Positions 1 to 13,641 are shown, counted from the first letter of the stretch. The stretch is DNA of 64,000 bases from Lepidodermella squamata (GCA_047495785.1 JBLDXI010000019.1:2914001-2978000), one strand, 5' to 3'. Notes: generated by a model from the sequence alone, not told the origin. Made by a program: numbers and translations.

Positions 1-2979
1 AAGTAAATATTGCTAATATCCACTGTTCACTGATGAAAGCGAAGCGGATATCCTTACGTGGCGTTTTTACGAAAAGTCATAAGCGGATATTAAAATTTCA
101 AGAAGTATAACTGTCTATAAGCATTGCAAATGGGTATCTCGCTGTATATTGTGTTTGAGAATGAAAGTGAAAAACTGAGAATGAAAGTGATTTCATAGAT
201 CACTTCTGAATGCTTGGAATGCGCACTGTTCCGTGGCACTAGATGGGGGCGCGTACAAGGGAGAGCGAAGCGAACCAGGTTTCGGCCCGGAGGGCCGTAC
301 AAATAACAACCTGCGCGCTGCGCGCTACTCAAATTAGTAGTGATTTGCTGATAAATGAATGAGAAATGCAATCGGGATTCAGAGTTTTTAATCCGAGTAA
401 CCTGTTGTTAAGATAACAATAAGATGCATTGTTATCAGCCATGAATTTGCTGAGTTGGCGAATGCTTTACTGTAGCACTAGTAAAATTCCCCTTTCCCAG
501 TTTAATTTAACTCGACCAATACCATTAATTCATATTGAAAACTAGCCTATGACGCATTTTAGTTCTAGGAGGTCGTCATCGTGGATCTGTGAACTTGCAT
601 TTTGGCTGTGATCGAATTTTTTGGTATCTAGATCTCTAATGTAACACCTGGAAGCTTCTAATATCAATTTTCATATTCCGTAGTCAGAGAGATCATCTTC
701 AAAGAGTGAGTCTCAAGAGATCTTCATCACTTAATCTTGTGTGTCAGGGTTGTCATTTTGATCTACACCCCCCATTTCGTCAAATGACTTTGAGCGGCCA
801 TGATCTCTCTAAAAGATCATTACTTTACTAAATCAATCGCGGAGTATTTGAAAATCAATTAGAAGATTCTGGGAGTTAGGGTTGGAGATACAGATAGATC
901 ACCAAGATGACCCGAGATCTCCCCTAAGGGGGCACGGGGTACTAGGGCGCCGGAGAGGCACGTCGATTCTTCTGAACTATTGGTTTTTCAACGGTTTTTA
1001 TGTAACTCGACCATGCTGAATTTAGCGCAATTCACAGAATAGTTCAAGCCATCATAGTTTTTTAGCTACAACCTAGCGAAGCCTAGGATGACGCCGCGGC
1101 CTCGCGCGCGCTCATTGCTCATCGAACGAAGAAAAACCGTTGCTAATGTAAACAACAAATACTTAAAAATTCTAATTTCTTTATTCAGAATACTTCAATT
1201 GTTAGCCCGCTCCACAAGCGATTCATCATAGAGTGCCCATTTATGTTCAGTGTACATCGATGGTTTTACGCTAAAACAGACCGATCGCATATGCGCTCAT
1301 AAAAACCATTTTTATAGAAGTGGGCACTTTATTCATCTTCTTGAACGTAAAATAAGGGGTCTTCACTGTAACATCTGGGAATAACAAGGCTCCAAAACTT
1401 GATTTTGAGCATAAATTGTGATTGCCAAGTATTTCGATAAAATCGCATGCGCCCGGTCCTGCGTGCGCCACTCTTGCGTTTTGTATTATCCTCAACTAGC
1501 CAATTCAAAAGAACTAATATTCAGATTGCTTTGGATTGAAAGAATTATTTGGTTTTCCGTGAATTGAACTAAGTTTGACGTAGATATGCCATAGTTCATG
1601 ACCTAGGTACATATGTCGTTCCAAAACAAATATCGCTCTATTACGCCTTTTAATTATATATGTAAAGGGTTGAATCAAATGTATAATATAGCTAGCGAGA
1701 TGGCATCTGTTTTTATTTCCGACTATTAAAAAGCATTTTTGAAATCGTATTTCATTAAAAAATAATTGATAATCCTTTTTCTGAGAGCAGATGGAATACA
1801 CCCTTAGAGCTCCGAAACGAAATTCCATAAATTCCACAGAGAAAAATCTTTCCAATCTTGAAAATTCTTTTCTCTACGCCAGGAGCTCGCTGTACCTAAG
1901 CATGGCCAGTAAAAAATTTGAAAAAATTTCTCGAATTCTTTTTAATTTCGGCTCATTTCCTAATAAACAGGAAAAGTCGGGTTGTCCCAATTTCAGACAG
2001 GCAAAAAAACACGGCTATTTTGCAGATTGCTATTACTTCCCTTTGAATTTTTCTATCCTTCGACGCTGAATAGAAGAAATGAAGAACAAAAAACCTCTCC
2101 ATCGGAGCCAATTTGTTTCCAATTCAACCGGGATTTACAATTGCCAACAAAATTCACCGCTAAAATAAATTGCGTAGTCTTAATCCTGTAAATCGTAGCC
2201 AAAATGTAAAGTGTCACCTGTGCGCGCACTATGTAAGCAAAACCTGCGAATTGTAACCACAAAAGTGAAGCTGTAGTCAGGTGCGTTAGAATGGGGCCCC
2301 AAATCAATAATTCGCGCGATTGCCCTATTTCGTTGAGTTCGTGCCCATTTGAGTAGCCCGCTGCATTTTTGAGAGCCTATGTCGCACCGAAAGGTAAGAG
2401 GCTATATGACTTTTTCTGGTAAATTTTTTGGAATTTTTTCTCGGCACATTCATTTGAAAGTCTGGTGTTTTGCAATAATGACCTCTAAAATGACCTCAAA
2501 AAGCGACAGGAACCATGAAAAACCTTCAGGTGGGCAATAATCGTCACCGTACCCGGCCAGGCCAAACTAGGCGCTATGCGCTATCTACCTATGACTCATC
2601 CGAACCCCCTTGTCTTGTTGCCTTTTTTCCATTAGTTTCTGTTGGCTAGGGTTTAGTTTACAATTTCTGGGAAAAAGTTGACAATTTCATGGGCGCGGGT
2701 TACGATTTACAGTCTTTCGCAGCGCTGAACTGGAAAGCGCTGCGTTTTCAAGGTTTTGTTGACATAATACATAATTCAAGATTAGGTGGCGATTTCTTTT
2801 ATTTGCACTTCGAAGATTAAGGTGGCGCGCACACACATTCTAGATGACACTTGTTCATTTTGAGAGGTTACACAAACACATTTTCAGACTACACAACTTA
2901 GGCCACCCAAAATTCACGATACAATAAAGCCAACGCTGATTCATTGCGACATTGTGTGAAAGCAAATTTATCAAGCGAG

Positions 2980-2998
2980 GTGACGCATTATTGGAATT
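2980..2998 (+). promoter_or_regulatory. Conserved 19-bp upstream block of the NB-ARC/ANK genes (CRE-like TGACGCA plus inverted CCAAT); identical copies at 17033-17051 and 26358-26376
   Basis: GTGACGCATTATTGGAATT is identical about 160-190 bp upstream of all three paralogous ATGs while the flanks diverge. Confidence 0.55.
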
Positions 2999-3181
2999 TG
3001 ATAGTCATCTACTACCACAAGCCCAAACATCCGATGTGCACTTGGCTGAATAGTAAATATAGAGCCAGGAAAAAACGTTGCGTGACTGAAAACCCCCACT
3101 CACCATAATTCGATCGTTTTGCGGTGTATTTTAGAAATTTCACCAAAGAAATTTTAGTCTTACAAAGTGCGGACTCAAAAC

Positions 3182-3716
3182 ATGAACTGCTCATCAGAAA
3201 TCTCGGAAGCCATCGAAGTGTGTCGAAAATTCGGCTTCAATGCAGCGTCAAAAGCTAGAAAAATGCTAGACCCTAACCAGCGTCCTATCGAGAATCGATC
3301 GAACACATTTTTGCTCAAATTTGCTAAACAAAATCCCAGAAAATCCTGATAAAGCTGTCAACTTGTTTTGCGATAATATGCTGGAAACAGAAATAAGTCT
3401 TGAAGGATCCTATTATTTCTGACTAACTCAGACCGATTGCTAATCGATCATCTAATAACGACGAATTTTTCAATGTCGGACTGCGAAAAATCCGAGCGAA
3501 TCGCCGAAATTCGATTTGCGATAATTCACCTACAGCGATCTGAAAGTATTTTCCTGCCCTGACTACATAAATAACTCGCCAACGAGAGTTAGGATATACC
3601 ATGATTGAACTTTTGCGAAAATTTCGAATTACATGCCTCGCACTGGTGATGTTTACCTGAAGGCATATTTTGAAGGACTCTGTTTAAGATATTCACTTAA
3701 GAGCTGTCTAGTTTTC
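3182..3716 (+). pseudogene. 5' fragment of an NB-ARC/ankyrin STAND gene paralog
   Basis: ATG 3182; EISEAIEVCRKFGFNAAS-ARKMLDP and later CPDYIN and NYMPRTGD segments match 17208+ and 26541+; frameshifts and stops; homology ends just before the P-loop. Confidence 0.9.
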
Positions 3717-3719
3717 GTG

Positions 3720-4165
3720 AGTAAGCAGTCTATCCTAAATAATTTCTATGCTTGCATCGCACTTTCAAGGTTTAATGTCATCTGAATCGTCCTATAACTC
3801 TGCAACCTGCCCTGCAATTATATGTTTCCCTTCTCTTCTGGGCGATACGGCTTCTTAAATAAATAGATAAAGAAATAAATAATCTCGCAGCGTTTGGTCC
3901 GTAGATTACATGGGTTTATTGCGTGGACTAGGTCGGCAGTAGACATTTTTTCAAGGCCATAGGTATTCCATTGCTCCGATTTGAGTGAAGCAATGGCCCT
4001 AATCAAGAAACTCAAGAGACTCCGTGATATTTTCGAAGAGATAAAACTTAAAGCCTGCTGCTTGTTGCCAAAACTAGATAATTCATGGCGTTGATAAGCA
4101 TGACAATTTTTTTTTATATCCGGTGTTATTCTGTTCGCTGATGTTTCAGGTGATTGCAGATACTG
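3720..4165 (-). pseudogene. Degenerate non-LTR retrotransposon RT-like fragment; probably continues at 16652-16824 on the other side of the EnSpm insertion
   Basis: Minus strand reads SQYRPLA (16824 side), then HAYQ...ALSFISSKISRSL (4165 side), the order of the LINE RT YRPI and QHAF motifs; heavily decayed. Confidence 0.35.
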
Positions 4166-4555
4166 CCCAGTCAAAAGTCTGTAGGCCTAGACTAGGCCTA
4201 TGTAGGCTCCCCTACTATAGGCCCAAACTAGGCCTAAATTTGAGCGCTTTTTTAGGCCTAGTCTAGAGTTTTCTAGGCCTACGTTAGGCCTAGGAGCAAA
4301 AAAGACGCCTGGTTTCTAGCACTCTGGGACTTTATTTAAGATTGCAGATGGCACATATTATGGCAAGTATGAGTAAAAGAGTATATAGGTATGGCGCAAG
4401 TATCATAAATGGCACGAGTATAGTTATGTCAAGTACTGTATATAGAAATACAGTATTATAAGTATGTCAAAAGAATCACAAGTAATCAATAGAAGAATCA
4501 CAACAAAGTTAGTTTGAACTAGTTACACTACCATGCTTTATTCACCATGTCGTCT

Positions 4556-6632
4556 TTATTCATCGTCTTCATCATCCGCGCTTTCCGCTTCTTGTTCGCA
4601 TTCTTCGGCTTCCCCGTCTTCCTCGGCTTCTTCGTCTTCCCCGTCTTCCTCGGCTTCTTCGTCTTCTTCGGCTTCACGGGCTTCCTCCAACGCTTCGTTG
4701 TCGGAATCAATCACAACGACTCGCCGCTTCTTGTGCGCCGGGGCGAAGTCCGGGTAAATGTCGGACAAATCAGCGTCTTCATAGGCGGGCTGGTTCTCAT
4801 CTTCGACATGTTTCTTGATCTTCTCCGCCTTCTTGGCCTTCTCCATCTTCTTGGTTTTCGTGGTATCTTCGTTCTTCTCCCGCTCTTGCCGGAGCATGTC
4901 GCTCACGGCCTTACGCAGCGTGGAATCCTCTGTAAGCAGCTTGAATTCTTTTTTAACGTGTTCTATAAACGTTAAGAAAAATCGTTAAGAAGCCGCATGG
5001 CATAAATGCATTGAGATAATTTTACCAAAGATTGAATTCTGCAATTTCTTGTCGATAGTCCACTCGGGACGCGTTGCAGTCCCGGACGCTGCGGCGCCTG
5101 GCTCGCGACCACTCAGCGTCCTGGTGGCCATTTCCTCTGGCGTCAGACATAGGTGGAACAGTCCACAAGTATACAACTTCGAATTTCCAATCGCCTTGCT
5201 TTCACGACGCAGGTGCTCAAAGTCTTCCTTGGATATTTTTCGGCCAAACATCGTAATCTAAAATATGAAATAAAATGTTGCAACGATAGGCAATGTCAAG
5301 GTTGGTGTTAAATAAAAACCTTGTTGTCGCCTAAATCAAGCTTGTTGTTAACGACTCGCATCAGCGAGTGGCAAAATTGCTGCAAATCCAAGGGCCATTC
5401 CGACGAATTGAGAATACCCATCATCATTGAATATCTGCCAAACAAACAATCAGTAAGCAATAAATAACTAGAACACGGCAAGACATTTCAAACTCACTCT
5501 TGTTTGCAATCGACATTTTCTGTATCGGTGAACCTATTTTGGGTATACCAAGTTGATGAGTGGAAATTTTATAAACAACGTAATATTTACTCTGAAGACA
5601 GCGCAGCCACTTTGGGTGTTTCGACGATGTCAAATCTAAAAAAAAATCAATCCGTAAAGGCCATTAGAGAAAGATACGATGCTCACTTTAACGGCAAGTC
5701 CGGCGAGGCAGGCGGCGGTACAGGTTTCTTTTGAATACTAATTAAAAGGATATTGCTAATGAATATGACATTAAAGCTGAATGAAAGTTACTTCAAACCA
5801 CAGGAGACATCAGGCTTCTTCTGATTCCTATTAAAAAAAGATGCAATTATAAATAGACAGCATGAATGAAGACATTTTACTTCAAAGCAGGCGAGACGGT
5901 CGTCTTGCTATCAATCCTAATGAAATAAAAATCATTAAATTGAAATGGAACGCAGTCGAAATGCCACTTACTTCAAGGCAGGCGTGTTCAAGTCAGTCGT
6001 CTTTGGCCTAAACAAACAAATGTTGTTATCATATTCCGAAACAGGCATAGCACTCACATTAACAAACGTGCTGGCGTTGCAGTCCTAAGCAAAAGAAAGA
6101 AAGCAAAAGAGCTGGATCTAAATGTAACTTTATAGGTGGTGCACTCACTTCAATACGGACGCTTTTTGAGACAGCGAAGCAGTCACGCTGCAGAGAGTAG
6201 AAATAAAAATGAAGCTCGAAGTTGAATAAGTGCGATAAGGTTACTTCGATCCGTCGGATAATTGGCTCTTCGGCTTGAGAATTTGCGCCGGCGGGTCCGT
6301 CAATTTGCTGGGTTTCTTACCGCTATTCTTTGCAAACAAAGACATGAGCTTGTCCATCGCATCTTCTCCCTCAGCCATAGATCCAACTGAAATCGCAATT
6401 TCAAACTTCAAAATAGACTCGTCACCAGTCAACTACTAGACGACTTACCAGTTTTTATAGTAAGGCTCTTGTACACCTTGCCTTTGTATTTCACGAAATA
6501 CGTCTTGTCCATACCAATAGTTCCGGAAAGTGGTTTACCATCCTTCTTACAGAAATCCGCACGGTTGACAGTCCCGTAGCTGCTACTGTCGACGAACTTG
6601 ACAACATAGAGGACAACAGGCCTGGCAGGCAT
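4556..6632 (-). CDS. EnSpm accessory gene: BEN-domain protein with acidic tail; 13 predicted exons including 8 micro-exons
   Basis: Exons (minus) 6632-6449, ~6426-6245, 6187-6149, 6084-6058, 6007-5972, 5916-5881, 5827-5792, 5737-5687, 5635-5591, 5533-5498, 5434-5320, 5257-5026, 4962-4556. BEN-like LFHLCLTPEEMATRTLSG...IDKKLQNSIFEHV...LRKAVSDMLRQER. The first intron looks truncated and lacks a clean acceptor. Confidence 0.7.
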
Positions 6633-6975
6633 GACTTCACTATTCAATGTGTCAACACAATAGTGTGATCTAAATAAAACATATACGAGGAAAGCGAAAA
6701 TCATGTTGATGAAACCGAGATTAAGAAACAGGAGACAAGTAAGAGGTTGTAAAAATAACCAAAGGTTTAGGGTCTAACGAAAACCAGGCAACCACATCGG
6801 CTGAAGTAGGTTAAGATCTGAGAAGTTCAACCGAAACATTGGTTTCAAATATTTTGAAAAAGAAAACAAATATTCTTGACATATATAAATTTTAAAGACG
6901 ATAAATAATAATTTCTGATTTTTTGATATCAAACCGAATTTCATAACTTTGAATAATTTTCCCGCCAAACGAGGA

Positions 6976-7009
6976 GCTCGTGGCTCCGTGGCTCGTGGCT
7001 CGTGGCTCG
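6976..7009. repeat. (GCTCGTG)n tandem repeat between the two divergently oriented EnSpm genes
   Basis: gctcgtg gctccgtg gctcgtg gctcgtg gctcg. Confidence 0.8.
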
Positions 7010-7267
7010 AACTGGAAGAAAGAACACGCGCTTTCTGTCGATGTGAATAAAGATCAAGCGTATCGAAGTGTGGAGGACTTGAGCGATGCTGCTGATTTTG
7101 TCAGTCCTGTCTCTTACGATAATTGATATGAGATTTTTACTCTTACGATTTAACTGCAATTGTTTCAGGTGGATTTTTATATGCATTTTTCCAAATTATC
7201 TAGGTGTTATTTCCACTGACTCAATTTGTCTTTTCTTGGCGATCGTTACTGGTCAATAAGTACTGCC

Positions 7268-10200
7268 ATGTCGGCCATGTCGAGAAAAGTTGTTACTGGA
7301 GGTGAAGTTGGTTCAAGTACGAAAAGGCGTCATCGCCAGGGCAAAAGCTCGACGAAGAAAGACGAGGGAAAGAAAATGAAAGAGCAGGAGCCAGCAGCCG
7401 ACCCACTTCCGAGTTCTTCTGTAGACTTACCTGTACAGACGCCCTTCGCATCGTGTCAGCCAGAATTGCCCGATTTGTCATCTGATTCTGATGTTGAATT
7501 GTGAGTAGAAATGAGTTTTTTATGACGATTATAACGATTCAGGTGAATTTCGTTTTCAGTGCTGAACAAGCAGTTCATGTCGATTATTCCTCGGATGATG
7601 GCGGTATTGGCTTACCTAACTACGTTGACGAGTAAGTTATCAGTCTTCTGCTAGCTTTCTATACAAAGTTGAGTATTTTTTAACAGAGAAGATGCCGGTT
7701 CCAATATCCCTGATTTTGGCGGTGATGAAGAGGACGACGAATTTTTTGATGCTCGAGAGGAATTCAGCAGCTATCCAGACTGGCTGAAAAATCTGTACGA
7801 CACACCGTTCTACTCCGGCAGCCCAACGTCCGTCGGAGCGGTTTTCATGCTCGTTTTGGCGTTTTGGGTGCGCTATAACCTGCCCTGGAAGGCCTTTATG
7901 GATCTGTTATCGATTTTTGACACGATCACTCCAACTCGCTACTTTGGGCTTGTTTTCGGTTCCATTCCAACGCTTCAAAAGCGCCTATTCCCGTCTGCTG
8001 CAGATGCCTCGTACCTAAAATTCGCCACCTGCAAGTGTCAAGTTGACAGTGGGACTTGGGATGCTGCTCAAGTTCCCTGGTTCGAGAAATGTGACCAGTG
8101 CAAGAAGGGCGGCATTGGGGTTTACCTATATCTAGAAAATTTCGTACGTAAAGTTGCCGAGCTGAAGAACATCAAGAAAGACACCGTCTTGAAGTTGAAA
8201 TGGTTTTTCGACGGCTTCATGCCTTACGGGCGGAATACTTGGCTACTTGTTTGTCGCTTTCCCGACGTGTCTATCAAGTTTTTGGCGATGGCCTGGGTCG
8301 GTGCTACTCATCCGCCCTCATGGGTACTGCGTCCCTTTGTCCACGAGATGAACCGCCTCTTCAACACCGGTGTTCGACTGGCGAACGGTGCCGTTGTCAA
8401 GGTCGTTCACGGCCTGGGCATCTTTGACAGTCCGGCTCGCGCTCTGGTTTTCGAGCAAAAAAGTCACGGCGGTTACTGCGCCTGTCCGTTCTGCCTAATT
8501 GTTGGCCAGCGTGACAGTACGAATACGAAGACGGTCTACCCTAACGGCAACTATGCACCTCGCACTAATGAGAGCTGGCGGGAATCGGCTAGAAGTGCCG
8601 CTGATACTGGCCTTGTCGACGACGGCATCAAAGCTTGGGCATGTGTCCTCGACTTGCCTAACATGGACCCTTCTAAGGACGCGCCTGTCGAGCCTATGCA
8701 TAACATCTACCTCGGCATAGTACGATATTTGCTGCTTACTTTCTGGCTCAACTCGGCGAGCGAGTTCTATATTGCGGACTGGCGCAATATGGACTTGCAC
8801 GTTGATTTCGACCAATCCAAAGGGCCGGCCTCATTTTTCCCGTCCATTCGGAACGGTAACACTTGCAACGTGTCGAATTGGAATGCTCAGCATCTCATGA
8901 CATTCTTGTTGTGTCATGGCCCAATTTTGCTGAACACATTCCTTATGGCGAGAAATCGCGGTGCCGAGTCGAAATTGTTTCAGAAACTCAGCAAGATCGC
9001 GTGGCTGTGCCTGCATAGCCAGCCGGACACGGCTCTTATTCAGCGCGAGAGCAAGAGCTGGTGCGTCGAATACCAGACCATCTTCGGTGTTGATGCCATG
9101 ACATACAATGTCCATATCTTTTCGCATATTTCGGAGTGCATCGAGCGGCACGGTCCTCCTTGCAATTTTTCGGCCTTCACGTTTGAAAGCTTCATCGGCG
9201 TTACGAATCGGTGAGTTGAAATAATCAGATCAATTTTACAATTTAATGAAAATTTGTACAGTGCTCCCCCGATATCTGCATGGGGGCTGGGTCCATGGTC
9301 GTGCAATTATCGAGGGAAACATTTAACGGGGGCTGTATATGAGAATTAAGTTTGAGCGAGTTTAATTTCAACCCATAAGGCGTGTGGTTCCGTCAAGACT
9401 AAACATCGGTTCGATATGAAAATTTATTGAATGAATTTATTCCCAGGCATGGTCTGATTTCGATGGCCTAATAAGTTCAGAGCAATTTAAAAAATCGGGC
9501 AGAAGCTCCCGCCGCCCCTCCTCGGGATGTTGCAATTTTCAAAGTCAAAATCAAATTACAAACAGCTGTGAATTAACCACGAAATAAATCGTAAAGTAGC
9601 GGCAGTCAGTTTCATGCTAGATCAGGCTAATCGACTATAGAAAATCGGCTAATAATTCCAGTAACTCAGGAAAACTGGAACGAATGAAATCGGTCTAATT
9701 ATGAGAAGAAATCCATGTATCGAAATTAAAAAAAAATCTGAAAACAGGGACATGATTCTTCATGATTACGCAACACAGCCGGGAAATAAATTTAGAAAAA
9801 GTGAAGTTTCAGTTTTCTAAAAAAACACGTTTTAAATCCTAATTTGATCATGCTAATAATGCTGGTAAATTTAAAGAGATTTTCTGGTCGGGAAAAAGCT
9901 AAATAAGGAAAAATCAGGGCAGATGAGTCTATCAGTTGACCTCAGGAAAAATCTGAAAATCAAGGAGATATTAGATACACAGGCATTTTATAGTTATTGA
10001 AATTAATGGCTGATTTTGTCTGATAAACTGGCGTAATTTCTGACTAACAAAAAGTCTTTATTAACTAAAAAAGCAGGACGACTCGCAGCACGACTTGAGT
10101 GGCAGCTAATCCACACACTGTTGCATAATCAAAATCGTTTCAAAACCATAACAACAGCTGAACTTTTCAGGAACGCTATTTAATTTATCAAATAATTATT

Positions 10201-10841
10201 TTTTGTTTAATTAAAAATTTGCTAATTTATTTCCAAATTAATGAAGTCCACAAATTGATGACTAATGACTACTATCGGGGGTGGGCAGATATCGGGGGAG
10301 CACTGTACTCATTTGTAATAGAAATTTAATTTAATGTAATCTCCTTTTCAGATCTCTTCAAAGTGCGTCAAATTTGGCTGTCCAAATCGCCAACCGTGCC
10401 ATGGCAGTGAATTTCTTGCACAGTGTTGCCGGCGGTGGAGCACAATCCCAGCTTCTCAGTCACCTACTGCGTTCTGATCCTAGCTCGACAGCGACTTCTT
10501 GCCCGTTCAATTTCGGCGAGAATGCCGGTGTGCTGTTTGGCCGTGCAAAAAGTCGGCCAGTCCCGATTAGCGATGCTGTGGCCGAAATTTTTCCTGATAA
10601 CGGTCGACATCTGACTTGGCCGAAGTTAAGGAAAAGGGTGTCAGACGACTTGAGTCCAATCTACTTCGCCGATACTATTATTCATTCACCAGATTTGACC
10701 ATCGAGTACTTGAAAGTCAATTATTTCTGCTTCGACAAGAACAGTCGGCGCGTTTACATGTCTGTAACCGCTGTTACTACAAAGCCCCACATGGGTGCGG
10801 TCAGAAAAATTGTTCAACCCAAGAAGGCGGCTGGAGAATAG
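7268..10841 (+). CDS. CMC-EnSpm transposase, join(7268..7500,7560..7631,7687..9210,10352..10841); TAG at 10839-10841 is possibly premature (frame stays open to 10952)
   Basis: Motifs FFDG, FDSPARA...HGGYCACPFC, EPMHNIYLG, TYNVHIFSH...HGP...SAFTFES; all splice junctions keep frame. Confidence 0.9.
9259..10305. mobile_element. Non-autonomous Tc1/mariner-type element (1047 bp) inside intron 3 of the EnSpm transposase
   Basis: 21-bp TIR CAGTGCTCCCCCGATATCTGC; TA on both sides (9257-9258, 10306-10307); no coding capacity. Confidence 0.9.
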
Positions 10842-11427
10842 TTCGTCAACGTGTTCGAAGTCACTATGTTCCGCTGTTATCAGTTCTCAAGCAACGCTGA
10901 TAAATTCATCGTTAAAATACCAAATCTTGTCGATTTACGTGACATCAATTAGGTGAGCTGTAATATTTTTTAATTACTTTTCCAAATTTTCTAAACATTG
11001 GATTTGTATTCATTTCGCCATTTATTAATTTTTAATTGGTTTTCTGGCTTGGAATCCTTTTTAAAAGTTCGGCAAACTACGGTTTTTCAACCAGAATATA
11101 GTTCAAATTTTAGCAATTTTAGTAATTTGTTGTGATCCCAAGATTCCAGATGGGTGATGATGGGAATAGAAAATCTACAATTTTTGTGGATAATCAAATT
11201 ATTTCGCCCTTCAGCCGAGTTTTCGGCGGAAAGTTCAGTTAGTCGTTGTAGTGATTTTTCCAGTCAATAGCCTTATTTCGCCTGTTTCGACTGTTGAGTC
11301 ATTATGACCTTTTCTTCGAGCCAAGTCGATCGGTTTTGCTGCGTAGTTAATCTTCTATAGATTATAAGGCTGAAATTCTAGACTAACGTGACACTACGAA
11401 TGCCAAGACGATTTATCCTAACGGCTA

Positions 11428-11652
11428 CTATGCACCTCGCAACTGAGAATTTTGTTTTAAAAAATCAACCCTAAGCTGAAGTACTGGGTCGTACTGGGTA
11501 TAAATTTTGACAACAGTGTTACTGACATTTTTGAATTGACGAACGCAGTTAATGCATTGATGGTGACCACATTTGCCGAAGACTTCTAAATGGCGCCGCT
11601 GAGGCGAAACGAAGCACCAGTGCGTGCAGTGCGTGCACTCAATTATTTTCAT
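11428..11652 (-). pseudogene. RING-HC-like zinc-finger fragment in the EnSpm element; degenerate tandem copy at ~11976-12070
   Basis: CTHC...KCGHHQCINCVRQFKNV and paralog ECGHHHCINCIRQLKNV; last CxxC pair missing; flanking non-coding sequence also duplicated (~11700 vs ~12176). Confidence 0.55.
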
Positions 11653-13641
11653 AAAATCCCCGAGCTCTCCAGAAAAACAAACGGTGTGCTAAAGAAGAGA
11701 ATACAGTCAAAATGCGATAAATGATGAAACAATTCAGTATATAATACTAGGGATCTTCAAAACGTCCATAGCTACCTTCCGAAGACTTTTGGCTGCTAAA
11801 TTATAGGCCAGATGGGAAAAGTCGAGCTTAGGGAGAATTAACCGGAAGGCGCAGGTAATCTGATCATCCTCGCTTACAGGCTATTGCGATTGACGACGGT
11901 CGCCATTCGCTGACGAATATGTTCGTGCAGCCCTCGATCCGATATTACTTCGAAACAGCGTTTTTTGAAATCGGCCTAAAAACGTTCTTTGACATTTTTG
12001 AGTTGACGAATGCAATTAATGCAGTGATGGTGCCCACATTCGCTAAAATATTTCGACTGCCGAGTTATCAAGGCCTTTTCTACGAGCTAAATCGACATGT
12101 TTCGTTCCACAGTTTTTTCTCAATTTAGCCAACTTGAGTCTGTACTGCAAACCATAAGTGTAATAGCGACAGTAGGAATACAGTCTAAAAATGCGATCAA
12201 TGAACAATCGGTTGAGCTTGTAGTAGTAGGGAATTTTGAAACGTGGAAAAGTAGCTTTGAGATATTTTTGGCGAATTATACTTTAACCGTCAGCAATTTC
12301 CTTCTTTTCACAGCAAAATCCTTTTTCTCACAGCAATTTTTTTTTCGCGAGGAACATCTTTTATTTGCAGCAAATCCCGTTTTATTTCAGGAGAAAAGAA
12401 AAAAAATTGCAAGTTGAAATTGAAATTCACCACGCGATTCAGCGTCGCGTGTTTAGTTAGCATCATCACATGTCAGTAGCATTGTCAGTCAATTATTGCT
12501 AAATTATTCGGAAAAAATGTCAGCTTTTTCTGAAATGAACATTTCCCAATTTTCCACGTCACCCTATTTCCCCAGGGCCACTGGAAAAATTAACGGTTTA
12601 CAATAATAAAAAGTTGTGTTTTAAATAGTATAATTATTCAATTTAAATTGTAAAAAAACAACAGGCGTTAGTTTTCTCAGCAATGTGGCACTTTATTATA
12701 ATGGCGAACTTTGAAGTATAAATCACGACTGAAAACTACAAACAGAGATATCCGACTATAAGTATATTTTGGTTGTTATAACAATTTGAAACATTCCGAT
12801 GAAAAGGCACATATACGTTTCATGGCAAAACAATATGGATATCAATATGAGAGAGAGAGTTACGAAAATGATCGCGAAAAGTCTGAACAAATTACCACAG
12901 TTTCCTTCAAATTAATATTGAGCAATTTTTAGGGTGTAGCAAAGTATTATATCACCAATGGAAAAGCGATGACGAGCATTGATACGAATTTAATATATAG
13001 CAACAACACACAGTGGCCTAAAACGCGAATATGTCGCACCAAACAGCGTTTTGAAAAAGTCATATGATCGGAAAAACCGATATAGATTCTGAAAGCCCTG
13101 GTTTCGGGCTACATTAGGAACTTACAATTTTTGACTTTCTCAGATGACGTAACACCTATTACGTCATGTCAAAATACTACCTAACAGGCGTGCCAAAAAA
13201 GTGTTTTAGAGCAAATTTTGCCACTTGATTGCGAGCAAAGTGTAACAGCTGGGCTTTTATCGTTTTGCAAGTGTGTGAAGGTTATGTCAACAGAGATTTC
13301 CTGAAAATGTCGGCGTCTTTTGACAAACAGATGTTGCGTAATTGTCAAATATCAAACCGCTGTCAAATGCCATCTGTCGGTGACAAAATTGATCTTCGTT
13401 GTAGCCAGCTCTTAGAATCCGTGAGTTATAGGCTCCAAATATTTTTCTGAAATCCCCAGTGACCATATCTATTTAATTTGACACTTAAAAGCTATGTGGG
13501 AGTTCTCCGTATACTAGTAATCAGCGTCACCGAGGGAGAAAGTTTCTGTCGGTGACGCTATTTTTTTCCTGTCACCGACAGATAAATTAACTATTTTTAT
13601 GCTGTTTAGTCATTATTTCGGCATTTTATTGAATATTGAGT

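Noticed and set aside
233-252. CTCF-like motif GGCACTAGATGGGGGCGC
   Set aside because: Imperfect single match with no supporting context.
924-2610. Possible Kolobok-like element (AAGGGGGCACGG ... CCGAACCCCCTT)
   Set aside because: The terminal match is short and imperfect and there is no clean TTAA duplication; boundaries cannot be supported.
4180-4300. TAGGCCTA repeat clusters (also 16455-16635) as a CRISPR-like array
   Set aside because: Irregular spacing, no unique spacers, no cas genes; they are subterminal repeats of the EnSpm element.
4547-4975. Hydrophobic 142-aa plus-strand ORF resembling a membrane protein
   Set aside because: Antisense shadow of the Glu/Lys-rich last exon of the BEN gene.
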